Part shown: piece after piece, positions 29,271 through 39,458 of the stretch | How positions within the stretch are numbered: the stretch's first letter is position 1 | Layout: each line of letters opens with the position of its first letter | Assembly: GCA_039798785.1 (NCBI GenBank) | Contig: JBDKFG010000013.1 | Span: 1 to 64,000, forward strand | Origin: Verrucomicrobiota bacterium | GTDB taxonomy: Bacteria; Verrucomicrobiota; Lentisphaeria; Lentisphaerales; Lentisphaeraceae | Reading direction: 5' to 3' | DNA: 64,000 nucleotides | Position numbers and translations under genes: made by a program | Notes under the pieces: model-generated | What the model was told of the DNA's origin: nothing | What the model saw: the letters and a program-made list of their open reading frames with translations, nothing else | Database searches by the model: none

Positions 29271-32200
29271 ATGTCGCAGTTCAAGTCTGAATCTGAGTTC
29301 TCGATCAATGTCGCCAATCTCGGCACTCCGTTCACAGGCACTCTTGATCCCAGTGGAGACTATGTGCCAGGTGTTTACAACTCACGTTTCGGTGAATTGA
29401 CGGTCTCGGCCAAGGGCCAGTTCAGCTTTTTGAGCAGCGGGGAGCATCGCTTCGCCGGTTTGCGCAGCGGGGAATCCTTGTCGGAGCGCTTCAATATCTG
29501 GGATCGCGACGGCAATGCGCTCTACGTCAAGGTCACTTATTCGGGCGCCACGGGAGCGGAAGCTCACGTCCAAGAGGATTACCGCTTGGTCAGCGGAGTG
29601 TTGAAGACTGGCGGCGCCCTGACTCCCGGGCAGTACGTCGCGGCGAAGCAGAGCGGCGATTCCATCAAGGGCAGTTTCTCCGTCAACTCCTCTGGCGTCT
29701 GGTCCTGGTCGCTGGCGGGAAGCAGCGCCGCACTGCAGTCGCTGCGCCACGGCGAAACCGTGCTTGAGCGCTTCGTCGTCAACAAGGTTCACGGCGGCAC
29801 GGAGACGGTCGACGTCCTGATCACCGGCACCAACGACATCGCGGTGATCAAGGCGGTCGCCCCCGGCAAGGTCGTGGAGGATAAATTCGTCACTCTCGCC
29901 GACCGCGATTTCGGTTACGAAGCGGGAACCCAGGTCCTGGCCGCCAGCGGCACCTTGAGCATCACCGACCGTGACAAAGGCGAGTCGCTCTTCGCCGGCG
30001 AGAGCATCGAGCCGATGTATATCCAGGGCACCTTCGGCGTCTTCAAGCTGCAGCTGGTCGCCGGCAAGCATGTCTGGTCCTACGCCGCCAGCAACGCCGG
30101 TGTCCAAGGCCTCCACCTCGGCGAATCGGCCGTCGATTCCGTCGTCATCCACTCCCTCGATGGCAGCGCCAGCACCAAGCTCCGCGTCGTCATCAGCGGC
30201 GCCGCTGATGGCGTCAGCAATGCCAGCATCGCAGGAGACACCAGTGCGTCCCTGGTCGAAGACTCTGCTGAAGAGGGCGTGCTGGTCGCCAGCGGCTCCT
30301 TGCGAGTCCTTGATGCCGACGCCAATGAAAACGCCTTCCGCAGCCAGCAGATCGAAGGCAAGTTCGGCGTTCTGAGCCTCTCCGCCGATGGCCAATGGAC
30401 CTATCAAGCCGACAATAACCACAGTGGCATCCAGATCCTCTCCGCCGGCCGTTCCGCCCGGGACGAGTTCACCGTATACAGCCTTGATGGCGCCAGCACC
30501 AAGATCAGCGTCAAGATCGATGGCGTCAGCAACACCAGCATCGGTGGTGCCGAAGCCGAATTGCGTGAATCGCAACTCCTATCAGTCGCCGGGCAGCTCA
30601 AAAATCTCGACACAGGGCGCAATCTCTCTGCTACTGCGAGCGAACTGGTCGGCAGCATCGGCCGCCTCAAAATCACCAGCGGCGGCGCCTGGACCTGGTC
30701 TTCGGAATCCGATTCCCATCTCCACGGACTCGTTCAAGGCCAGTCCCTGGTCGACAGTTTCCTGGTCAAGACCTCGCAAGGTCCCCAGCTCATCCGCATC
30801 CTGGTCCAAGGCGCCGATGATCCGGCCGTGATCAGTGGCGACAGCACTTTCAGCACCAGTGAAGACTCGGTTTTGACCGGGAAACTCAGTGTCACCGATG
30901 CCGACGCCGGTCAAAGTCTCTTCCGGACTTCGAGCGTCGAAGGTTCCTACGGAGCCTTCTCCCTCAACGCCGACGGCACCTGGTCCTACACTCCCAATGC
31001 GCACGCTCAAACTCTCAAGGCCGGCAGCAGCGCCACCGATACCTTCACCGCGGTTTCGGCGGACGGCAGTGCCGCTCAGCTCTTGACCATCACCGTTCTC
31101 GGAGCGGATGATGCTGCCACTCTCGTCGGCAACATCAGCGGCGCGGTTACCGAAGACCTCAGCACGGATGCCGCCGGTAAACTCACCGTCACGGATGTCG
31201 ATGTCAATGCCATCCTGCCTCTAGTCGCCTCCGGCACTCAGGCAGGGGCCTATGGCTCCTTCTCGATCACCGCGGGTGGAAACTGGTCCTACACCTTGGC
31301 GAATAAAACCCTAGCCGTTCAAAGCCTGGCTGCCGGCGCCACGGTCACCGACTCCTTCGTGGTCCGAACTTCCGACTCCCTCGCTTCCACCACCGTCACC
31401 GTCGTGATCACCGGCCAGAACGATGCCGCCGTGATCAGCGGCACCGCCGCCGGATCCCTCACCGAAGACGGCTCGTCCATCTCAGCTTCGCTTGTGGTGA
31501 AGGATGTCGATGTCGGCGATTCCAGCACCTTCGCGACTGTCGACTCCCAAGGCGTCTACGGACGTCTCCAAATGGATGCCCAAGGCAACTGGGTTTACAC
31601 CGTAGACACCTCCAAGACCCAGTTTCTCGCTGTCGGCGCCAGCGCCGCCGATTTCTTTGCCGTCACTGCCGCGGATGGCTCCCAAGGGGCGATCAAAGTG
31701 TCGATCGATGGTCTGAACGACCTGCCGGTCTTCGGCTCTCCCACTGTGACCAACGGCAACATCCCTGCGGGTACGGTCCGTGCTAGCGATGTTGATGACG
31801 GCGCTTCACTGACCTACTCGGTTGCCTCCCAGAGCGTCAATGGCACGGCCTCGATCAATGCCGCCACCGGTGCTTGGACCTTCACTCCCACCGGCAGCTT
31901 CACCGGTGCCGCCAGCTTCACCGTCGGCGTCAGCGACGGCATCGGCGCCTTGGTCACTCAAGTCGTTTCCGTCGTCGTCAATAATTCTCCTGTCCTCAGC
32001 GGCAGCTTCAATGTCGCCATTCCGGAAGATCAGGTCGCATCAGGCACGGTCACCGCAGTCGACACCGATAGCGGCACGATGAGCTTCAGCGTCGGCTCGG
32101 CCCAGCACGGCAGCGTCTCCATCAACGCCAGCAGCGGCTTGTGGACCTACACTCCGAGTCTCAACTACAATGGCAGCGACAGCTTCCTGGTCACCGTCAG

Positions 32201-35200
32201 TGATGGTCAGGGCGCCACCGTCAGCCAGACCATCACCCTGAACGTCACTCCGGTCAACGATGTCCCCGTCCTCTCCGGCCTCAGCAGCGGCTCGGTCACC
32301 GAAGACGCAAGCCTCAGTGCTAGCGGCACCCTCACGGTGTCGGATGTCGACGCCAATGAATCCAGCTTCCAGGTGACCAGCTCGGTCTCCACTTATGGCT
32401 CCTTCAGCATCAGCGCGAACGGTGCCTGGACCTACATCCTCGACAACAGCAAGGCCCAGCCCTTGGCGACTTCTGTGGTCGAAACCTTCATCGTCAAATC
32501 CTTTGACGGCAGCAACAGCCAGACGGTCAGCATCACCGTCAACGGCGTCGCTGATCCGGAGTTCATCACCGGCACCCTGACCGGCTCGATCTCCGAAGAT
32601 GGATCGACGCAAACCGGTAGCCTGACACTGCAGTCCGACGGCTTGACCACCAGCTTCCTGGCCAGCTCCGCCACCGGCGTCTACGGCAGCTTCAGCATCA
32701 GCAGCGGCGGCATCTGGAAATACACCGTCAACACCGCCCTCGCCAATCGTCTCCAGCTCGGCGAAACCGCCGTCGAGTCCTTCGTAGTGAAAAACCTCAG
32801 TGGCAGCACCCAGGAAGAGGTCAAAATCACTGTCGTCGGCGCCCAGGACGCCGCCACCATCACCGGAACCGTGTCGGCCAGCATCAACGAAGACTCCCTT
32901 GGCGTCAGCCATCAGCTCACCGCCGTCGATGCCGACCATGACCAGTCAGCCTTCACTGCCGCCAGTTTTGCCGGCAACTATGGCTCCCTCAGCATCGGCA
33001 GCGCCGGCTTGTGGACCTATGTGGCGGACGCCCGGGCGCAAGCTCTCGGTGCCGGACAAAGCCAGGTTGAAACCTTCGTCGTTCAATCGCTCGATGGCGG
33101 CAGCTCGAAAACCATCTCGGTGACCATTGGCGGCATCGAAGACGCGGCGGTGATCGCCGGGGAATCCGACGGCAGAATCGTCGAAGATGATGCGGTCAAT
33201 GTCGCCACCGGAACCCTTGCGGTCATCGACCCGGAAGCCGTGGCCCCCAAGTTCGAAGCCCGCACTTCCGTCTCCGGCGCCTTCGGTCTCTTCTCCATCA
33301 CTGCCGACGGTGTCTGGACCTACACTCTCGACAACAGCCTCGAAGTCACCGGCAGCATGCCTGAAGGGGTGCTTGCGGAAGACGCCTTCCTGGTCTACTC
33401 GGAAGACCGTGCCGCCTCCCAGATCGTCACCGTCACCATCGTCGGTGCCGACGACCCGGGCTCGATCAGCGGCGACGTCGCCGGCCTCCTCTTCGAAGAC
33501 GCGGAAGCGAACGAATCCCAAGGCGTCCTCGTCGTGACCGATTCCGATGCCCTCGAAAACAGCTTCTACGGCCAGGTCGATGAGTCTGGCATCTATGGCC
33601 GCTTCAATATTGACCGGGATGGCAACTGGGTCTACACCTTGGATAATTCGCTTGCCAGCACCCAGTCCCTTGCCGCCGGAGCCACTGCCGTCGATAGCTT
33701 CGTGGTCCTGACCCTCGATGGCCATACCACGGAGACCGTCGAGATCACCGTCACCGGCGTGAACGACATCGCCACCTTTGCCGGCGACTTCCTCGGCAGC
33801 GTCACGGAAGACGCCTTGAGCAACCAGGCCACTGGCCGCATCGTCACCTCCGACGCCGATGCCAATGAGTCCTCCCTGCAAGTCCGCAGCTCGACCAGCC
33901 AGTACGGCACCTTCAGCAATCTCGCCGATGGCACCTGGACCTTCGTCCTCGATAACAACCAGGCCGCCACCCAGAGGCTTGCCGCCGGCGCCACCGCCAT
34001 CGACAGCTTCCTGGTCGTATCGAAGGATGGCAGCGCCTCCCAGACCGTCAACATGATCATCACCGGCACCAACGACTTGGCGACCATCTCGGGCAGCGCC
34101 AACGGCACGACTGATGAAGATCACAGCTTGACCTCCTCGCTCAGCATCGCCGATGTCGATGTCGGCGAAAGCGTGTTCAAGGTCAGCACACAGACCGGCA
34201 CCTACGGATCTTGGAGCATCGCGGCCAATGGCAGCTGGACCTTCACGCCCAACGCCCAACAGCTGATTGATGGCGATTCCGTCCAGGATGTCTTCCTCGC
34301 CACTTCCTTCGACGGCAAGACTTCCCAATCCGTCACCGTCACCGTCACCGGCGTCAATGATGCTCCGGAGGTTCAAGGTGCCCTCGAGACCAACGTCATC
34401 GAAGATGAACTCCTCCTCTCCGGCGGCAGCATCTTCATCTATGATCCCGACAGCGATGCGCCCCTCCAAGCCAATCGAACCTTTGATGTCATCAACAATG
34501 TCTCGGGTACCTACGGCGTCTTCTCGCTGAGCAGCGCCGGCGTCTGGACCTACACTCTCGACAATGCCAAGTCTGTCATCCAGACCCTGGGCGGATCTTC
34601 GACCCTCACCGATTCGATGCATGTCGCGTCCGCTGACAAGACGACGCCGAACTTCGCCGAATCCGATCTTGTCGTCACCATTCAGGGCAGCAACGATGCC
34701 GCCTTGATCACGGGAACCACCACTGGCACTGTCTGGGAGGACGCTAGTGTGCGCATCCCCGCCGTTGACGGCGCGGTCAGCACCGCTTCCGGCACTCTCT
34801 CGGTCACCGATACCGACAGTGGAGAAGCCAGTTTCAAGGAGGCGACTTACAGCGGCATCTATGGCTCGGTCTCGGTTGATGCCAATGGCTACTGGTCTTA
34901 TACCTTGTATAACGCCGACCCTGATACCAACCTTCTTCTCAATGGCACCACCGCGCATGATTTGATCAAGGTCCAGTCCTTCGACGGCACCGAGATCGAA
35001 CTCGACATCAGCGTCATCGGCTACACCGATCCGGAACCGACCCTGACTCTCGGCAGCATGATCATTGACGAGCGCGACACCATCGAGATCACCACTGCGA
35101 TGATGGATGCCTCCTCTCTCACCGCCTCCGATTCGGTTCTCGGCTTCAAGGTCGCCAGCGTCACCCATGGCTCCTTCGAGAAGCTCGTCGGCTCCGCCTG

Positions 35201-36983
35201 GACCGTCACCACCAGTTTCTCGCTCACCGAAGTGGAAACAGGCAAGGTCCGCTTCAAGCACGACGGCAGCGAAACCGCTCCCACCATCAGCTTGAAAGCC
35301 ACTGACGGCATCCTTGATTCCGCCGCCAAAAACATGACGATCACCTTCTCGAACTCCAATGACACGCCGATCTTGGCTACTGACGGGATGATCTTTGATG
35401 CAGTCACTCATATTGTGAACTTACAGGACGTTCTCCATGCCACTGATATTGATGCTTCTGACGCTGCCTCCAGGCTGACGTACACATGGGCTGGCTTGGA
35501 TACCCGCGTCGTAATTCGCAAGAGCGGGGTCAATGTGACGACATTCACACAGGCGGATGTCGATGCGGGCTTGATCACGGCTTATCGAGCTCCCGGACGT
35601 GACACTGGCATCATCGACAAGGAGGTCGACTTCACTGTTGTGGATGGTCAAGGAGCAGCTAGAACTGTCAGCGTGGCGATTCACGACCATGCCATGCTAG
35701 ATACAGGGCCCTGGACAGACAGGACTTTGAACTTCACATTTTTGACAGCTGTTCCCAATTACTACGATCCGGGCGCTCAGGAACGGAATGGATTCGCAGC
35801 CTTCACGGATGTCCAAAAGACCGCCGCCCGCAATATTCTAAACTATATCAGTAGCCTTACTAACCTGACGTTTGCCGAGGTTACTGATGTCAGCCAGTCG
35901 CAACTCACCTTTGGCTCTTGTGTTCAGCAGCCTGGCGTTGCTGCCTTTGCTTACTTCCCGACTAACGTTGTCAATGATCAAGGCGGTGACTTCTGGTTTG
36001 ACAGCGAGTCTACGGTGCAGGTGGTTCCTGGCGTCAATCTTTATCGAACCTTCCTCCACGAAATCGGACACGCACTTGGTCTGAGTCACCCCTATGGTGA
36101 TGGCGTGACCTTCGGCAGTGGTGGCGGCTCGGATGGTGGCTGGGAAGGTGCCAACAGGAATATCACCGTCATGTCCTATAATGAAGGCACCATCCCATCC
36201 TTTGAGCGCGGCGCTGAGACCTACTTGATTCATGACGTCGCAGTCTTGCAGTCGCAATACGGAGCGAACATGTCTACCCGCACGGGCGACAATACCTACA
36301 CCTTTAGTGATTTTGACGGCAAGGTTTTAACTCCTTGGGATGCAGGTGGCAATGATACATATGATTTCTCCGCTGCGACCTATGGACTCAAGGTCGATAT
36401 TCGTTCCGGCGCTTACAGCGACTTGTACAATAATACGGATGTGGGGACCAACAATCTCGGTATGCCCTTCAATGTCATCATCGAAAATGTCAAAGGCGGC
36501 AGCTTCGATGATGTCATTCAAGGTAACGACGTCGCCAACGTCCTCAGCGGCGGTGATGGTGCCGATACCCTGACCGGCAACGGCGGTGCTGACACTCTGA
36601 AGGGTGAGGCAGGTGACGATATCCTGGTCATCACCTCGGCTGACTTCGTCCTCGCCGATGGCGGTGCCGGAAGCGACACCTTGAGACTTGAAACCGCCAA
36701 CCTCGACCTCACCGAGTTCGCCACTTCCGCCTTGGCCAACATCGAAGTCATCGACATGGCCACCTACACCGCCAACGCCCAGCGCCTGCGCTTGAGCTAC
36801 GACGATGTCATCGCCGCGCGCAGCAGCGGCAACCTGAAGATCGATGGCACCAATACCGATACCGTCGACCTTGTCGGCGATTATCAACTGGCGGGCAATT
36901 CCGGCGGCTACAAGACCTACACCAGCGTCTTGGGTGGTGCTAACGCGACACTACTCATCGACACCGACATCAACATCGTTTAA
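29271..36983 (+). CDS. 2570-aa VCBS-repeat protein with Ig-like and CSPG-like repeats, an intact serralysin-type M10 metallopeptidase and an RTX/T1SS-type C-terminus
   Basis: Many GxYGxxSIxAxGxWTYxxDN repeats; HEIGHALGLSHP at 36057-36092; Met-turn TVMSY; WDAGGNDTYDFS; GGDGADTLTGNGGADTLKGEAGDD. Confidence 0.93.
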   Translation: MSQFKSESEFSINVANLGTPFTGTLDPSGDYVPGVYNSRFGELTVSAKGQFSFLSSGEHRFAGLRSGESLSERFNIWDRDGNALYVKVTYSGATGAEAHVQEDYRLVSGVLKTGGALTPGQYVAAKQSGDSIKGSFSVNSSGVWSWSLAGSSAALQSLRHGETVLERFVVNKVHGGTETVDVLITGTNDIAVIKAVAPGKVVEDKFVTLADRDFGYEAGTQVLAASGTLSITDRDKGESLFAGESIEPMYIQGTFGVFKLQLVAGKHVWSYAASNAGVQGLHLGESAVDSVVIHSLDGSASTKLRVVISGAADGVSNASIAGDTSASLVEDSAEEGVLVASGSLRVLDADANENAFRSQQIEGKFGVLSLSADGQWTYQADNNHSGIQILSAGRSARDEFTVYSLDGASTKISVKIDGVSNTSIGGAEAELRESQLLSVAGQLKNLDTGRNLSATASELVGSIGRLKITSGGAWTWSSESDSHLHGLVQGQSLVDSFLVKTSQGPQLIRILVQGADDPAVISGDSTFSTSEDSVLTGKLSVTDADAGQSLFRTSSVEGSYGAFSLNADGTWSYTPNAHAQTLKAGSSATDTFTAVSADGSAAQLLTITVLGADDAATLVGNISGAVTEDLSTDAAGKLTVTDVDVNAILPLVASGTQAGAYGSFSITAGGNWSYTLANKTLAVQSLAAGATVTDSFVVRTSDSLASTTVTVVITGQNDAAVISGTAAGSLTEDGSSISASLVVKDVDVGDSSTFATVDSQGVYGRLQMDAQGNWVYTVDTSKTQFLAVGASAADFFAVTAADGSQGAIKVSIDGLNDLPVFGSPTVTNGNIPAGTVRASDVDDGASLTYSVASQSVNGTASINAATGAWTFTPTGSFTGAASFTVGVSDGIGALVTQVVSVVVNNSPVLSGSFNVAIPEDQVASGTVTAVDTDSGTMSFSVGSAQHGSVSINASSGLWTYTPSLNYNGSDSFLVTVSDGQGATVSQTITLNVTPVNDVPVLSGLSSGSVTEDASLSASGTLTVSDVDANESSFQVTSSVSTYGSFSISANGAWTYILDNSKAQPLATSVVETFIVKSFDGSNSQTVSITVNGVADPEFITGTLTGSISEDGSTQTGSLTLQSDGLTTSFLASSATGVYGSFSISSGGIWKYTVNTALANRLQLGETAVESFVVKNLSGSTQEEVKITVVGAQDAATITGTVSASINEDSLGVSHQLTAVDADHDQSAFTAASFAGNYGSLSIGSAGLWTYVADARAQALGAGQSQVETFVVQSLDGGSSKTISVTIGGIEDAAVIAGESDGRIVEDDAVNVATGTLAVIDPEAVAPKFEARTSVSGAFGLFSITADGVWTYTLDNSLEVTGSMPEGVLAEDAFLVYSEDRAASQIVTVTIVGADDPGSISGDVAGLLFEDAEANESQGVLVVTDSDALENSFYGQVDESGIYGRFNIDRDGNWVYTLDNSLASTQSLAAGATAVDSFVVLTLDGHTTETVEITVTGVNDIATFAGDFLGSVTEDALSNQATGRIVTSDADANESSLQVRSSTSQYGTFSNLADGTWTFVLDNNQAATQRLAAGATAIDSFLVVSKDGSASQTVNMIITGTNDLATISGSANGTTDEDHSLTSSLSIADVDVGESVFKVSTQTGTYGSWSIAANGSWTFTPNAQQLIDGDSVQDVFLATSFDGKTSQSVTVTVTGVNDAPEVQGALETNVIEDELLLSGGSIFIYDPDSDAPLQANRTFDVINNVSGTYGVFSLSSAGVWTYTLDNAKSVIQTLGGSSTLTDSMHVASADKTTPNFAESDLVVTIQGSNDAALITGTTTGTVWEDASVRIPAVDGAVSTASGTLSVTDTDSGEASFKEATYSGIYGSVSVDANGYWSYTLYNADPDTNLLLNGTTAHDLIKVQSFDGTEIELDISVIGYTDPEPTLTLGSMIIDERDTIEITTAMMDASSLTASDSVLGFKVASVTHGSFEKLVGSAWTVTTSFSLTEVETGKVRFKHDGSETAPTISLKATDGILDSAAKNMTITFSNSNDTPILATDGMIFDAVTHIVNLQDVLHATDIDASDAASRLTYTWAGLDTRVVIRKSGVNVTTFTQADVDAGLITAYRAPGRDTGIIDKEVDFTVVDGQGAARTVSVAIHDHAMLDTGPWTDRTLNFTFLTAVPNYYDPGAQERNGFAAFTDVQKTAARNILNYISSLTNLTFAEVTDVSQSQLTFGSCVQQPGVAAFAYFPTNVVNDQGGDFWFDSESTVQVVPGVNLYRTFLHEIGHALGLSHPYGDGVTFGSGGGSDGGWEGANRNITVMSYNEGTIPSFERGAETYLIHDVAVLQSQYGANMSTRTGDNTYTFSDFDGKVLTPWDAGGNDTYDFSAATYGLKVDIRSGAYSDLYNNTDVGTNNLGMPFNVIIENVKGGSFDDVIQGNDVANVLSGGDGADTLTGNGGADTLKGEAGDDILVITSADFVLADGGAGSDTLRLETANLDLTEFATSALANIEVIDMATYTANAQRLRLSYDDVIAARSSGNLKIDGTNTDTVDLVGDYQLAGNSGGYKTYTSVLGGANATLLIDTDINIV

Positions 36984-37010
36984 TCTCCCCCCAAACAGAA
37001 AGGAAATACC

Positions 37011-37301
37011 ATGGCTGAAGCCCCCAAGACCGAACGTAAAGCCCCCACCGTCAGCGCCAGCGGCCTCGAGCCCGTCTATGCCGACACCTTCCGCATCTTC
37101 CCCGCCGCCGGCGGCCTCGTCGGCGTCGATCTCGGCATCGAGATCCCCGGCAAAGAGAACTCGCAGCTCGACTTCTCGCGCCGCATCGTCCTCGCCCCGG
37201 CTGCCGCTCTCCAGCTCAGCCAGGCCCTGCAGCAGCTGCTGAAGCGCAAAGACGCTCCCGCCGCCGCTCCCGCGACCAAGACCGCGGAAAAAGCCAAGTA
37301 A
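37011..37301 (+). CDS. Small DUF3467-like protein (96 aa)
   Basis: Pattern VYADxFxI...VDLG...RRIVLAPAAAxQLxxAL resembles DUF3467. AAGGA RBS. No terminator between it and the upstream gene. Confidence 0.7.
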   Translation: MAEAPKTERKAPTVSASGLEPVYADTFRIFPAAGGLVGVDLGIEIPGKENSQLDFSRRIVLAPAAALQLSQALQQLLKRKDAPAAAPATKTAEKAK

Positions 37302-37321
37302 TCGGCCTTTCCGGAGTCAAG

Positions 37322-37353
37322 AAGAGGACCTGCGGGAAACCGCAGGTCCTCTT
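37322..37353. terminator. Bidirectional hairpin/terminator closing the adhesin island
   Basis: Perfect 14-bp stem AAGAGGACCTGCGG-GAAA-CCGCAGGTCCTCTT between convergent genes. Confidence 0.85.
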
Positions 37354-37380
37354 TGCTTACTGTCTTCTGGCGTTTGCCGT

Positions 37381-39411
37381 TCAGGTGCGGCGGAAGATCA
37401 CCGTGTCGGTGCCCGACTTGATCTTGCCGAGGTTGATCGGGCAGGAGTCCTTCTTGCTGACCAGGAGTTCGAATTCCGGGCGGCGGCCTTCGCCGCTTTC
37501 GCGAGGGATGAGGCGTTGCGAGGAGATGCCGATCAGGCAGGAGGCGATCTGGGTGCGGATGTGTTCGCGCTGGTGCGCCGGGAAGAATTCCAGCAGACCC
37601 TGGATCGCCTGGTGCGGGCCCGGGGTGCGGAGGGTGGCGATGACGAGGTGGCCGGTCTGGGCGGCGGTGATCGCGGTGCTGATCGATTCACAATCAGGCA
37701 GGTCGGTGCTGACGATGATTTCCGGTCCTTGTCGGAGGGCTGCGGCAAGGCCGGCGGAGTAGGATTTCACGTCCGAGCCGATCTCTCGCTGGTCGACGAT
37801 CGCCTTGCGGTTGGGGAAGACGGTTTCCACCGGGTCTTCAATGGTGATGATATGGACCGGTCGCGTCTGGTTGATCCGGGCGATGAGAGAGGCGAGAGTG
37901 CTGGACTTGCCGTGACCGGAGGAGCTGGTGATCAGGAGCAGGCCGGACTTGGAGTCGGAGAGTTCGACCAGTTGTTCCGGCAGGCCGAGTTCGTCGGGGC
38001 TGGGCGGGCGGCCGCCGACGAGGCGGATGACGCAGCCGACGTTGCCGCGCTGGCGGTAGCCGCTGACCCGGAAGCGCCGCATCCCGAAGCTTTCGAACTG
38101 GATGCTGATGGCGAAGTCGGCCTCGGAGTTGTCCTCGAAGCGTTTCTTCTGCTCGGTGCTCATCAGGTTGAAGAGGAATTCCCGGGTCTCGCTGGGGGTG
38201 AGGGCGGCGTGCTCCATCTCGAGCAGGTTGCCGTCGATGCGCAGGATCGGCGGCGTGCCTTCGGAGATGATCAGGTCGGTGGCGTTGTTCTCGACCAGGG
38301 TGGAAAGGCATTCGCGCACCAGCTCGGCGTCGGCGGAGTCGCCGAGGGCGAGGCCGTCGCGGCTGCCGCCGGCGAGGGCCATGACGGTGCATTCGCGGCC
38401 GAAGCGGGTGCCGGCGAGGGCCGTCTCGCCGCTCAGGGTGCCGCTCAGGATCAGGTCGGTGACGGTCTTGTTGAAGCCCTGCTCGCCACTGTGGATGCTG
38501 CGTTCGATCTCGTTCAGGTCGCGCTGGCGCAGCAGGGTCGGCATGCGGCCGCTGTTGATGAAGATCTCTTGCAGAGGCAGCTTGCCGGGGCCGTCGGCCT
38601 TCGGCACCAGGCGTTGCGAGACGATGCCGCGCACGGCCTGCGACAAATCGGCGAGATGGGCTTCGCGCTGCTCCTCCGGGCGCAGTGCGATCAGCCGTTC
38701 GAGGACGGCGCGGACGCCGCTCTCATGCATGATCGCGACGACCAGGATGCCGGCGAGCGCGGCTTCGATCGCCAGGTTGCTCACTTCGGCGTCATGCAGG
38801 TCGCTGAGGAAGAGGGCGTCCGGACGCTTGCGGATGGCGTGTTTGACCCCGTCGATCAGCTTCTCGCAGTCGGAGGAGGGTTCGACCTGGGTGATCAGGG
38901 ACATGATGTCGCGGTGGTGGTTTTCGATCGGGTCTTCGATGCAGACGATATGGGCGGCCCGGAGGCAGTTGATGTGATGCAGGATGGCGTGGAAGGTGGT
39001 GGTCTTGCCGCCGCCGTTGGGGCCGGAGATGATCACCAGCCCCGATCGTTCCATCGCCAGGCCGCTGATCCGTTCGTCGAGTCCGAGGTCGGAGATGTCG
39101 AGGGTGCTGCATTCGGTGCGGCGGGCCACCATCAAGATGCTGCGCTGCTGCCGGGTGAAGGAGAGGCTGTAGCGGATGTCCTTGTGGAAATAGGTGATGT
39201 CGAGGAATCCGGTCTTTTCAATCCGCGACAGGTGGCTGGGGTGCAGGTCGACGGTGACGAAGTTGCGGATCTCGTCCTCCTGCATCGGCCTCTCCTCCAC
39301 CAGGAAGATCATGTTGGAGAAACGCCGGATCGCCGGCGGGCGGCCGACGATGAAGTGGATCTCGGTGGCGTTGAGCTCGATCATTCTTGACAGCAGATCG
39401 TTGATGCGCAT
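37381..39411 (-). CDS. Tandem double-domain PilT/PilU-family ATPase-like protein with degenerate Walker B and His boxes
   Basis: Two Walker A motifs (GPNGGGKTT, SSSGHGKSS), two Asp boxes (IEDPIE, IEDPVE), QREIGSD, TGHLV, SQRL twice. Confidence 0.88.
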   Translation of the reverse strand: MRINDLLSRMIELNATEIHFIVGRPPAIRRFSNMIFLVEERPMQEDEIRNFVTVDLHPSHLSRIEKTGFLDITYFHKDIRYSLSFTRQQRSILMVARRTECSTLDISDLGLDERISGLAMERSGLVIISGPNGGGKTTTFHAILHHINCLRAAHIVCIEDPIENHHRDIMSLITQVEPSSDCEKLIDGVKHAIRKRPDALFLSDLHDAEVSNLAIEAALAGILVVAIMHESGVRAVLERLIALRPEEQREAHLADLSQAVRGIVSQRLVPKADGPGKLPLQEIFINSGRMPTLLRQRDLNEIERSIHSGEQGFNKTVTDLILSGTLSGETALAGTRFGRECTVMALAGGSRDGLALGDSADAELVRECLSTLVENNATDLIISEGTPPILRIDGNLLEMEHAALTPSETREFLFNLMSTEQKKRFEDNSEADFAISIQFESFGMRRFRVSGYRQRGNVGCVIRLVGGRPPSPDELGLPEQLVELSDSKSGLLLITSSSGHGKSSTLASLIARINQTRPVHIITIEDPVETVFPNRKAIVDQREIGSDVKSYSAGLAAALRQGPEIIVSTDLPDCESISTAITAAQTGHLVIATLRTPGPHQAIQGLLEFFPAHQREHIRTQIASCLIGISSQRLIPRESGEGRRPEFELLVSKKDSCPINLGKIKSGTDTVIFRRT

Positions 39412-39458
39412 CGTATGGGCTCCTTGTCCAAGCTATTATACCATCAGGGAGAGGCGGA

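Noticed and set aside
10844..35411. Long minus-strand ORFs opposite the giant genes (e.g. 18902-22078, 14702-16864, 32946-35411)
   Set aside because: Shadow ORFs expected from strong C-ending codon bias; no recognisable motifs.
2743..37353. Shared CTGCG/CGCAG core in three hairpins as a REP family
   Set aside because: The shared core is too short, and each hairpin is adequately explained as a terminator.
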